From: a virus
Length of the DNA: 64,000 nucleotides
IMG/VR virus record: IMGVR_UViG_3300044614_002617
Location: 32,001 to 96,000 of that record
Reading direction: 5' to 3' (one strand)
The notes beneath the pieces were generated by a model. The model saw nothing but the letters and a program-made list of their open reading frames with translations. It was not told the DNA's origin and did not search any database. The translations under genes were made by a program, and so were the position numbers. Each line of letters begins with the position of its first letter. The first letter of the stretch is position 1. Shown here one piece after another: positions 46,150 through 54,411 of the stretch.

Positions 46150-48108
46150 ATGAGTAACTTACGTATTAAAAAGAAACACATTGACGCTAAGGCAATTGAC
46201 GGCTCAAAAATTGAACTATTAGCCGACGAGGCCCTTAAAGCGATTTCCAACGGTGTTGCCGTTGATCTTATTAAAATTGACAGCGCTGGTATTGTTTCGG
46301 CAAAAGGGCTACCAATTGCCTACTCTTCAGAAGTTTCTTCTGAAGCTTCCGTTCGTCTTGCTAAAGACGAAAGCCTTGAAACACGTATTTCTGGCGAAGC
46401 TTCTACTCGAGTTGCCAAGGTAGATAGTCTAGATTCACGTGTATCTTCAGAGTCTTCTACTCGTCTTGCTAAAGACAACAGCCTAGAAACTCGTATTTCT
46501 TCAGAAGAATCAGTTCGTCTTGCTAAAGATGGCAGCCTAGATTCACGTGTATCTGCCGAAGAGTCTGCCCGAGCTGCTGCTGATACAAGCCTAACTACTC
46601 GTATTTCTTCAGAAGAGTCTGTTCGTCTTGCTAAAGACAATAGCCTAGAGTCACGTCTTTCTTCGGAAGAAGCCGCTCGTCTTGCAGCAGACAATAGCTT
46701 AGTAAACCGCTTGTCGATGGAAACAGTTGAAGGTGTTTCGACTGAAGCTTCTATTCGTCTTATTAAAGACACTAGTCTTGAAACACGTCTTTCTACTGAA
46801 GAAGCTGCTCGTACATCTGCAGATTCTATTCTTGCCACAGCAATGCAGTCAGTAGTAGAAGCGGAAGCTTCTGTTCGTCTTGCTAAAGATGGCAGCCTTG
46901 AAGCTAAACTTTCTGGAGATATGTCTACAGAAGTTTCTTCAAGAGTTTCTGGCGACGTAAGTGTCCTTGCTGCTGCAAAAGCATACGTTGACGATGTTGT
47001 TGGTGTCGATTCAGCTTCTGTAGCTAACTTCCTCAATCTAGCTGCCGCAATGGAAGATAATGATCCTGCAACTGGAATTGTCAACTCTTTGGCCGCAGAG
47101 GCTTCTGCCCGCGCTGCCGCAGACACAAGCCTAGCTACTCGTATTTCTTCAGAAGAATCTGTTCGTCTTGCTAAAGATGGCAGCCTTGAAGCTAAACTTT
47201 CTGGAGATATGTCTACAGAAGTTTCCATCCGTGCTGCTGCTGATACAAGTCTAGAATCACGCATCTCTTCAGAAGAATCTGTTCGTCTTGCTAAAGATGG
47301 CAGCCTTGAAGCTAAACTTTCTGGAGATATGTCTACAGAAGTTTCCATCCGTGCTGCTGCTGACACAAGCCTAGAATCACGAGTATCTAACGAAGAATCA
47401 GCCCGCGCTTCTGCGGTTAGCTCAGAGGCTTCTGTTCGTGCTGCTGCCGATTCAAGCTTGGCAAGCCGTCTTGATAACATTGAGACAGCCGGCACAACCA
47501 ACGCTTCGTCACTCGGTGGAGGTATTTCAACAGAAGCATCCATTCGTGCCGCCGCTGATACAAGCCTTGAAACACGCATCTCTTCGGAAGCGTCCGCTCG
47601 CGCTGCTGCAGTTAGCTCAGAAGTTTCTTCTAGAGTTTCTGGCGACGCAAGTGTCCTTGCTGCCGCAAAGGCATATGTTGATGATGTTGTTGGCGTTGAC
47701 TCAGCTTCTGTAGCTAACTTTCTCAGTTTAGCTGCCGCAATGGAAGATAATGATCCTGCAACTGGAATCATTGACTCCTTGGCTGCTGAGGCTTCTTCTC
47801 GCGTTGCTGCTGATTCAAGCCTAGCAACAAGCATTTCCGACCTTGCTGCAAAACACCACAAAGAGAGCAAAGCTCTTGCTGCCGGTGATATCTCAAACGG
47901 CTATATTGACTTTGCTTTTGAAGCGAAGGCTGGATCGGTCGTTGCAGCTGTGGGTCGTCTCATGATTCACGAAGGTGAAGATTATGATCTCAGCGTAGTT
48001 GCTGGTAAAACCCGCCTTACATTTAAGGCCGGTGGACCTTTGGCTTCTAACGGAGCTGAAGCCGTTATTGCGGGAGATGTTATTTACGTTAAGTATATGA
48101 AGGCTTAA
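46150..48108 (+). CDS. Ser/Ala-rich 18-aa-repeat coiled-coil fibre protein
   Basis: E.S.R...D.SL..R.S repeats; NLRIKKK.ID..AIDG.KI N-terminus shared with 42609. Confidence 0.7.
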   Translation: MSNLRIKKKHIDAKAIDGSKIELLADEALKAISNGVAVDLIKIDSAGIVSAKGLPIAYSSEVSSEASVRLAKDESLETRISGEASTRVAKVDSLDSRVSSESSTRLAKDNSLETRISSEESVRLAKDGSLDSRVSAEESARAAADTSLTTRISSEESVRLAKDNSLESRLSSEEAARLAADNSLVNRLSMETVEGVSTEASIRLIKDTSLETRLSTEEAARTSADSILATAMQSVVEAEASVRLAKDGSLEAKLSGDMSTEVSSRVSGDVSVLAAAKAYVDDVVGVDSASVANFLNLAAAMEDNDPATGIVNSLAAEASARAAADTSLATRISSEESVRLAKDGSLEAKLSGDMSTEVSIRAAADTSLESRISSEESVRLAKDGSLEAKLSGDMSTEVSIRAAADTSLESRVSNEESARASAVSSEASVRAAADSSLASRLDNIETAGTTNASSLGGGISTEASIRAAADTSLETRISSEASARAAAVSSEVSSRVSGDASVLAAAKAYVDDVVGVDSASVANFLSLAAAMEDNDPATGIIDSLAAEASSRVAADSSLATSISDLAAKHHKESKALAAGDISNGYIDFAFEAKAGSVVAAVGRLMIHEGEDYDLSVVAGKTRLTFKAGGPLASNGAEAVIAGDVIYVKYMKA

Positions 48109-48120
48109 TAAGATAAGCTA

Positions 48121-48148
48121 AGAAGAGGGGGATAACCCCCTCTTCTCT
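48121..48148 (+). terminator. Hairpin terminator
   Basis: AGAAGAGGGGG-ataa-CCCCCTCTTCT. Confidence 0.75.
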
Positions 48149-48184
48149 AAATAAACATATATATAAAAAAAGGAAAAAATAAGT

Positions 48185-49936
48185 ATGCCAACATTACAGT
48201 TATCAAATCCAAATGGCGGTACGTGGACGGCCGGCCCTAATGCCAGTACTAGCAGAAGTATACCTTCAGCGTGCGGAACCGCAAGTGCGGCTTTAGTTTT
48301 TGGAGGCGTTTCCAATCAACAAGCGCAAATATTTAATGGATCTGCATGGTCTACGGACTCAGGATTAGCAAGCTATGGTACAGGAGCAATGTACGCCGGT
48401 GCAGGTTCCCTTAACGCCGCCCTATTTTGGGGTCAAAATGATACCGGCAATCAGGCTTCATCTTTTCAAAACATCAAACGCACGGGATCGACTTGGAGCG
48501 TTTCTACTTCTGGAACATTGAGCTATAAGGGGATGGCGGGATGCGGTTTGCAAAATGCTGCACTTTCAGTCGGCGGAACCACAGCTAGCTGGAACATAAG
48601 TAACAACACCTCAACTTTTAATGGTAGTACTTGGAGCACTCTTGGTGGGGTTAGCTTTTTTTCGCCCGCTAATAATAACAGAGGCTCAGGTTTCGGAAAC
48701 ACGGCGGTTACCGGAGCTACCAATGCTGCTTTGTTGTGCGGCGGAGATAGACAAAATACCACTCCTACCAATGTTTGTGAAAAATTTAATGGCAGCACCT
48801 GGAGCACCACTGGATCGCTCAATACTGCTCGAAGTCAAGTTGCATCCAGAGGAACCGAAAGTTCCGCTATGGTTTTTGGTGGGGCGGGAAGCTCTTCTGC
48901 ACTTAGCTCTTCTGAAGTTTTCAACGGCTCTACATGGGCTGTGGGACAGTCAATGACTAAAGCTAGAGCCTCGCATACTTCCGCCGGAAGCTCCTCCTCT
49001 TCAGCTGCCGCAATAGGGGAAGGCTATACGAACAACACCATAAGCATAGAAACATATGTGGGAGCGGGCGGAAATAATGCCGTTTCTCTTTCTGTGGCTG
49101 AAGGCGCTCTTGCTAATAGTACTATTGCTACCCTTTCTGCTTCAGAAGCAGGAATGGCGTTTACCAAGGTAGCGGGAGCTGGCGATACAGATAACGCTTC
49201 ATTTAACATCTCAGGCAGCGATCTTATTACACTTGCAAATTTCGATTATGAAACAAAAGCTTCATACTCTGTACGTGTTCGGGCATCTAACGGCTCAACA
49301 ACGTATGAAAATGTTGTAACAATTGATGTTTCAAACGTAAACGAAGCTCCATCTAACATTACGCTTTCTGTGGCTTCTATTCAAGAGGGCAATGCTGTTA
49401 ATGCTGTAATTGGTCAGCTTTCTGCAATTGACCCAGACACTGGAGACACCTCATTTACATTTAGCATTTCTGGCGGAGCCGATGCGGCTAAGTTTAACAT
49501 TAGCGGCAACGACCTTCGTGCTTCGCAAGCTTTTGATTACGAAGCTCCTGCCGACGCAAATGCCGACAATGTGTATGTTATTCAAATTACTGCACAAGAC
49601 GCCGGTGGTTTAACTTATGCCAAATCATTCAATATTAGCGTATCAAACAATGCGGCAGATGATTCTGTTGCAGTGTCCTCTTCGCAAGTTGTTAGCGGTA
49701 CGGGCGGCAAGGTGGCGGCTAGTTCGGCTAATAACCCAACAACGATTCCTTTCTTGCTCAACGGCGCAGCTCTTCCAGTTGGTTCAGTTGTTCGTTGGAC
49801 TGCCGGAAGTAATCAAAAGTTCTTAAAAATTGATGGCGGTGCCACTGCCTTTAAAGCGCTTCCGGTTTCGGCACCCGCCTCATGGGGCTGGAGCGAAGCA
49901 GGCGAAGCTGCTTGGGCTACATTGCAAAGCTTTTAA
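48185..49936 (+). CDS. Kelch-like propeller plus two cadherin-like domains
   Basis: FGG...FNGSTW repeats; FDYETKASYSVRVRA, NVNEAP, FDYEAPADANADNVY. Confidence 0.75.
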   Translation: MPTLQLSNPNGGTWTAGPNASTSRSIPSACGTASAALVFGGVSNQQAQIFNGSAWSTDSGLASYGTGAMYAGAGSLNAALFWGQNDTGNQASSFQNIKRTGSTWSVSTSGTLSYKGMAGCGLQNAALSVGGTTASWNISNNTSTFNGSTWSTLGGVSFFSPANNNRGSGFGNTAVTGATNAALLCGGDRQNTTPTNVCEKFNGSTWSTTGSLNTARSQVASRGTESSAMVFGGAGSSSALSSSEVFNGSTWAVGQSMTKARASHTSAGSSSSSAAAIGEGYTNNTISIETYVGAGGNNAVSLSVAEGALANSTIATLSASEAGMAFTKVAGAGDTDNASFNISGSDLITLANFDYETKASYSVRVRASNGSTTYENVVTIDVSNVNEAPSNITLSVASIQEGNAVNAVIGQLSAIDPDTGDTSFTFSISGGADAAKFNISGNDLRASQAFDYEAPADANADNVYVIQITAQDAGGLTYAKSFNISVSNNAADDSVAVSSSQVVSGTGGKVAASSANNPTTIPFLLNGAALPVGSVVRWTAGSNQKFLKIDGGATAFKALPVSAPASWGWSEAGEAAWATLQSF

Positions 49937-49962
49937 TATTATCGAATAATTAATTAAACAAT

Positions 49963-49993
49963 GCCCACCCCAAAAGGGTGGGTTTTGTTTTTT
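49963..49993 (+). terminator. Intrinsic terminator
   Basis: GCCCACCC-caaaa-GGGTGGGT followed by T-rich tail. Confidence 0.8.
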
Positions 49994-50036
49994 AATAGTA
50001 AAATGTTGCTGTAAGTCAACATAAAGAGAGAAATTC

Positions 50037-52268
50037 ATGAGCGGAAATACAACCACACCAATAGCAATGTCTGGCTATATTACCCCTGCCTATACCTTTA
50101 CTCCCGGTGTAGCCGGTGTGGGTACTATCAATCTCTCAGGGATTAATGGGTTTGACATCAAACGCCTCGTTGCAATTATCAATCAAACAGCCGGCGTGGT
50201 TATCTATTCATCCGCAAACTCTTCGTATAATTACACAAATGTAGTTGGAACTACAATAACACTCAAAGCCGACACAAGTGATCAAAATTCTACAGATATT
50301 TTGCAAGTTGTATACGACACAGGATATGTCGTTTTAGATCCAACCTTCCCAATCAATATTGACAGTGTTTATGTTTCTAATGAGGTCGAAGTTAAAAATG
50401 ATGCAGGCAACCCTATTCCTGTTACAGGTGCTCTTACAGATGCCCAGCTTCGTGCAACCCCTGTTCCAGTATCTATTTCGTCTTCAATCGAACTAGAAGT
50501 TAAAAACGATTCTGGAAATCCTTTGCCCATCTCAGGTGCAGTTAGCGCAACACAATCAGGTACTTGGAACATCAATGACGTTTCAGGAACAATTAGCCTG
50601 CCCACCGGAGCAGCAACTGCCGCTAAGCAAGACAGTCAATCAACGCAACTAACAGCCATCAAAGCTGCAATTGATGCCTTGTCGATTAATGCTTCAGCTC
50701 CTCAAGATATCTTGGGAGTTGGCGTTATGGGGTCGAGAAACAATCAGGTTGAAATTAATTTTGAGACAGCCCCCGGAAATACATTAATTACCGAAACTTT
50801 CACAGGCGGCGGTCTTGTAACAATTACGAATGGTCATTCTATTTATGCAACGGGAGCGGCGGCTACTGCCTCCGCAAAAGTAGTCACTGTTCAAAATGTT
50901 GTTTATCGCCCTGCGCATGAAATTTACAGCTATTTTACGGCTGCGTTCACTACGGGTGTTGCAAATACTTTTCAGCGAATTGGTATTTTTAATGACACAA
51001 ATGGTTTTTATATTGGATATGAAAATAATTTATTTGGAATTACTAAAAGAACTTCTGGGGCTAATACATTTGTTGCAAGAAGTTCGTGGAATGGTGACCC
51101 GCTGGATGGCAGCGGCACTTCTAGATTTACTCGCGGAGGCATTCCAGAGGCAATTAATCTAAACTACAGCAATCTTTTTAGAATTAGATTCGCTTGGCTA
51201 GGGTCTGGTCCCGTTGTATTTGAAGTGTTTAGTCCAGATGGTTTTTGGGTTGCTTTTCATACATTTAGGATACCAAATAGCTCATATGACCCATCAATCG
51301 CAAATCCAGATTTACCACTGAGCTTGCATATTTCTAAAAATGCGGCAAACGGTACAAATATTGCTGTTGCCACAGCTTGTTGGGCAGGCGGAACGACATC
51401 GGACTACGTTAAGATTAGCGATACCTTAACAACCAATACATTGGCATCTTTGACTCGCTCTGTTATTACAGGACAGACAACCGCAGGAGGCGGTGGGTTT
51501 GTTAATGTTAAAGTAAACCCATCGGGAGCACTAAACGTAGCGGCCACTCAAGACAGTGCGTGGAATATTACTAATATTACAGGCACAGTCAGCCTACCTA
51601 CAGGTGCAGCTACCTTAGCTGCACAAAATACCGGCAACGCAAGTCTAAGCAGTATTGACGGCAAAACCCCTGTGTTGGGGCAAGCAGCAATGGCCGGTTC
51701 TACTCCGGTCGTTATTGCCTCCAATCAATCGAACGTGCCCGTTGCGGTTCAAGACACATGGAAGGCAACTTATACAGCAGGTGCTACAAATTACACACCT
51801 TACGCAAATGCAACGGATATTTTGACAATTAGCGGCAGTGCAAATAAAGTCATCAGAATCTATAAAATTCATATTTCTGCAATAGCAACAGGAAATAATA
51901 CACATTATGATTTATTTTTAATTAAACGCTCTACAGCAAATACGGGCGGAACGCCAACAGCCATAACGCCCGTTGCCCACGACTCTTTAAATCCAACACC
52001 TACAGCGGTTGTAACTCGATACGCAAGCTTGCCGACATTGGGCACAACGGTTGGAACAATTAATCAAAGTGATTTGTTTGCGAGCACAAACAGCAAAGGT
52101 GCCGACAACCCCGTACAGCCCGGAAATGTTTTGCAAATTAATTTTGGTACACACCACAATCTTCAGCCCCTTACATTAAGGGGTGCGAATGAAGTATTGG
52201 CTATTAATTTGGGCGGCATTACTGTTGCGGCTAACTTAGAAATCGATATTGAGTGGACGGAAGAATAA
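50037..52268 (+). CDS. Virion structural protein with fibre-like linkers and a beta-sandwich domain
   Basis: EVKND.GNP.P and SLPTGAAT repeats; RIG.F...NGF, F.WLG.G.V.F pattern. Confidence 0.6.
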   Translation: MSGNTTTPIAMSGYITPAYTFTPGVAGVGTINLSGINGFDIKRLVAIINQTAGVVIYSSANSSYNYTNVVGTTITLKADTSDQNSTDILQVVYDTGYVVLDPTFPINIDSVYVSNEVEVKNDAGNPIPVTGALTDAQLRATPVPVSISSSIELEVKNDSGNPLPISGAVSATQSGTWNINDVSGTISLPTGAATAAKQDSQSTQLTAIKAAIDALSINASAPQDILGVGVMGSRNNQVEINFETAPGNTLITETFTGGGLVTITNGHSIYATGAAATASAKVVTVQNVVYRPAHEIYSYFTAAFTTGVANTFQRIGIFNDTNGFYIGYENNLFGITKRTSGANTFVARSSWNGDPLDGSGTSRFTRGGIPEAINLNYSNLFRIRFAWLGSGPVVFEVFSPDGFWVAFHTFRIPNSSYDPSIANPDLPLSLHISKNAANGTNIAVATACWAGGTTSDYVKISDTLTTNTLASLTRSVITGQTTAGGGGFVNVKVNPSGALNVAATQDSAWNITNITGTVSLPTGAATLAAQNTGNASLSSIDGKTPVLGQAAMAGSTPVVIASNQSNVPVAVQDTWKATYTAGATNYTPYANATDILTISGSANKVIRIYKIHISAIATGNNTHYDLFLIKRSTANTGGTPTAITPVAHDSLNPTPTAVVTRYASLPTLGTTVGTINQSDLFASTNSKGADNPVQPGNVLQINFGTHHNLQPLTLRGANEVLAINLGGITVAANLEIDIEWTEE

Positions 52269-52276
52269 CCTCTTAA

Positions 52277-52305
52277 TTGCCAAACATCCCAAAACGCGGT
52301 AAAAT
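52277..52305 (+). promoter_or_regulatory. sigma70-type promoter inside a 10-bp inverted repeat
   Basis: TTGCCA-N17-TAAAAT; GCCAAACATC/GATGTTTGGC arms. Confidence 0.65.
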
Positions 52306-52336
52306 GCTAGATGTTTGGCGTCTTTAGGGAGTTATC

Positions 52337-53047
52337 ATGCAAAGTCTTAAGTCTTTACAAAAACAGCTTGAAAAGTTGCAGAAAGCAGAAAAATGCAGTA
52401 AAGACAATAATTTAAATAAAAAAGCTCTTTTAAAAAAATCTCTTAAGTCTTTGTTAGCTGAATACGAAAAGCTCAAAAAAGCTGAATATCTTAATAATAC
52501 ATATTATCCAGATCATGTTGACGCTGCTCGTAAAAAAGAACATCCTACTAAAAAACACCTAATTGGCCATTATGCTAAAAATGGCGAACCTACTTGGACT
52601 TATAACAAACATCTTGCATACGAGCAGGATGAAGGTCTTAAAAAGCTTATTGATGGTAAGCAAATATCTAAAGATGGTAAGCTTTTACCAAACAAATTAA
52701 ATTCCCTGTCTCAAGAAAATATTCAACTGCTAAGAGAGCATACACTGAGCACTCTATTAAAAGATCCCGATAGGCATGTTATGGCCGCAAACACAGACCC
52801 CTCAAAACCCAAAGACCATGCAGAAGTCAGAGTTAGACACCTTATTAATGCCTTGACAGGCTCTGATGGGTATGAGTTAAAAGATAGTCCTATGGGTGGC
52901 TTTGAAATTTATGCTCCGAGACATTCTGGCTCTGATAAGGCACAAGACATTGCAACTCGTTGGACTTTTCACCCTAATAAAAAAAGATTTAGGTCTGAAA
53001 GAATCTATCCGATAAGTGTGAGCGGAGGGGATGGCGATGGAAAATAA
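52337..53047 (+). CDS. Putative internal head protein with LxK[S/A]-rich leader
   Basis: LQKAE, LKKS and LKKAE within the first 50 aa. Confidence 0.55.
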   Translation: MQSLKSLQKQLEKLQKAEKCSKDNNLNKKALLKKSLKSLLAEYEKLKKAEYLNNTYYPDHVDAARKKEHPTKKHLIGHYAKNGEPTWTYNKHLAYEQDEGLKKLIDGKQISKDGKLLPNKLNSLSQENIQLLREHTLSTLLKDPDRHVMAANTDPSKPKDHAEVRVRHLINALTGSDGYELKDSPMGGFEIYAPRHSGSDKAQDIATRWTFHPNKKRFRSERIYPISVSGGDGDGK

Positions 53048-53219
53048 ACAAATAAGTCATGAAGAGCTGATTGCTCGCGGCTTAGATCCAGACCTTGGCA
53101 GACTTATTGAAGAAGCTGAGCCAATGAGAATAGACAGAATTGGTTGGCTTGAGAGTAAGATAATTAGTATGTCTCTTTTTGTAAAGATATGGGCAGTAAA
53201 GATTCGGAGATTTTTTTAA
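53031..53219 (+). CDS. Small hypothetical protein
   Basis: GGAGG RBS. Confidence 0.5.
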   Translation: MAMENKQISHEELIARGLDPDLGRLIEEAEPMRIDRIGWLESKIISMSLFVKIWAVKIRRFF

Positions 53220-53980
53220 TGTCAAATGATAAAAAAGAGCATCAAAACAAAAAATCTTTCAAAGCAACGCCCGCTGTACTGCAGGCATTACGGGCCATAA
53301 AGACAGCTATTTTAGAAAAAAGACCCGTTGTCCTCAACAAAACAAGAGGCACACTCAAATTTCCTAAAATCCTCCCCAAAGACACACGCCCAGAAGAAAA
53401 CGTCAAGCAAATTCCTAAAAACGAGCCTCATCAAGAAATGAAACCCCATGGTCTATGGGACGTACAACCTGCTAAACAACAATTCATTCAAGCAGCACTG
53501 ACCGGAGTCCCTCCTGAACAAAGATACAGAGGCGCTCAGCAAATTCAAGAAGCAATTCAAGGTGGTATGCTCGGAGCCTACACTCACAAAACCAAACAAG
53601 CTTTTGCTCTTGAGCCTGACTTTGCCGTCAAAGGACACGAAGCCATTCATGCCATGGTAGACAAGGCGGCTACTCATTTTGGGGTAGATGAAAAACAAGT
53701 CTACGAGCATCTTAATAGCTTAATCCATCCAGAAGACAAAGAAATCTTGGCCCATACCCTTAAGACTACCGGCTATCCCTCTCACGTTCACTATTCTGAA
53801 ATGGTGCCTTGGATTCATACCATCTTGCACAACAAGCCAGCTAGAGAATATTTCTTTAATTCTTTAAAGTTTTATAAGAATAACGTCGATGAGACAAAAC
53901 AGAGGCAGGCGGTTCAGCGTCTTGGTAGGACATGGAACGCTATTGTAAAAATGGGTAAAGAGCTAGACAAGTTACCATGA
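53219..53980 (+). CDS. HExxH zincin-like protein (putative internal head protein)
   Basis: GHEAIH followed by a downstream SE; start at 53219 with GGAG RBS. Confidence 0.55.
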   Translation: MSNDKKEHQNKKSFKATPAVLQALRAIKTAILEKRPVVLNKTRGTLKFPKILPKDTRPEENVKQIPKNEPHQEMKPHGLWDVQPAKQQFIQAALTGVPPEQRYRGAQQIQEAIQGGMLGAYTHKTKQAFALEPDFAVKGHEAIHAMVDKAATHFGVDEKQVYEHLNSLIHPEDKEILAHTLKTTGYPSHVHYSEMVPWIHTILHNKPAREYFFNSLKFYKNNVDETKQRQAVQRLGRTWNAIVKMGKELDKLP

Positions 53981-53987
53981 GGAAGTT

Positions 53988-54389
53988 ATGAGTACATTAA
54001 AGCGCGGCTATTTGAACTGCGCAACATATAAAAATAATTACACTTTTTATATTGGAGAAGGGTTCTTACAAGATTCTTTTTTACATCTTGCTGTAAACCC
54101 AAATCCTAGCCTATTGTTTGCTGAGATGTTGACTGAATGCAAATGGACTCCTTACAAGTCTTATGTTGAGATGTTGGTAACAATTAAAGAATTGCCGTCA
54201 AATAAAAATATTCTTAATGATTTCAACAAAATGACTACTGATTGTTATTTGAGGCACACGGTTGGTGACCAAGAATCTGTCTATCTACTCAAAAACAATG
54301 AGCTATTTTGTACAGAAGACTTACAAAAGCCAATCAAGTTAAATGAATTGATGTTTTTAGACGGCAAGTGGACAATTGTAAAATCATGA
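53988..54389 (+). CDS. Hypothetical protein
   Basis: GAGG RBS. Confidence 0.5.
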   Translation: MSTLKRGYLNCATYKNNYTFYIGEGFLQDSFLHLAVNPNPSLLFAEMLTECKWTPYKSYVEMLVTIKELPSNKNILNDFNKMTTDCYLRHTVGDQESVYLLKNNELFCTEDLQKPIKLNELMFLDGKWTIVKS

Positions 54390-54411
54390 TATTTGACTGA
54401 AAGGCGTCGTT

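Noticed and set aside
46320-47870. 516-aa antisense ORF
   Set aside because: Shadow of the repetitive Ser/Ala-rich plus-strand gene; no RBS or independent features
52989-53015. Sixth sigma28-type site (TCCGATAA at 53008 before ORF 53031)
   Set aside because: Good -10 but the -35 is TTAG/TTTA rather than TAAA and it lies within a CDS; possible but not counted
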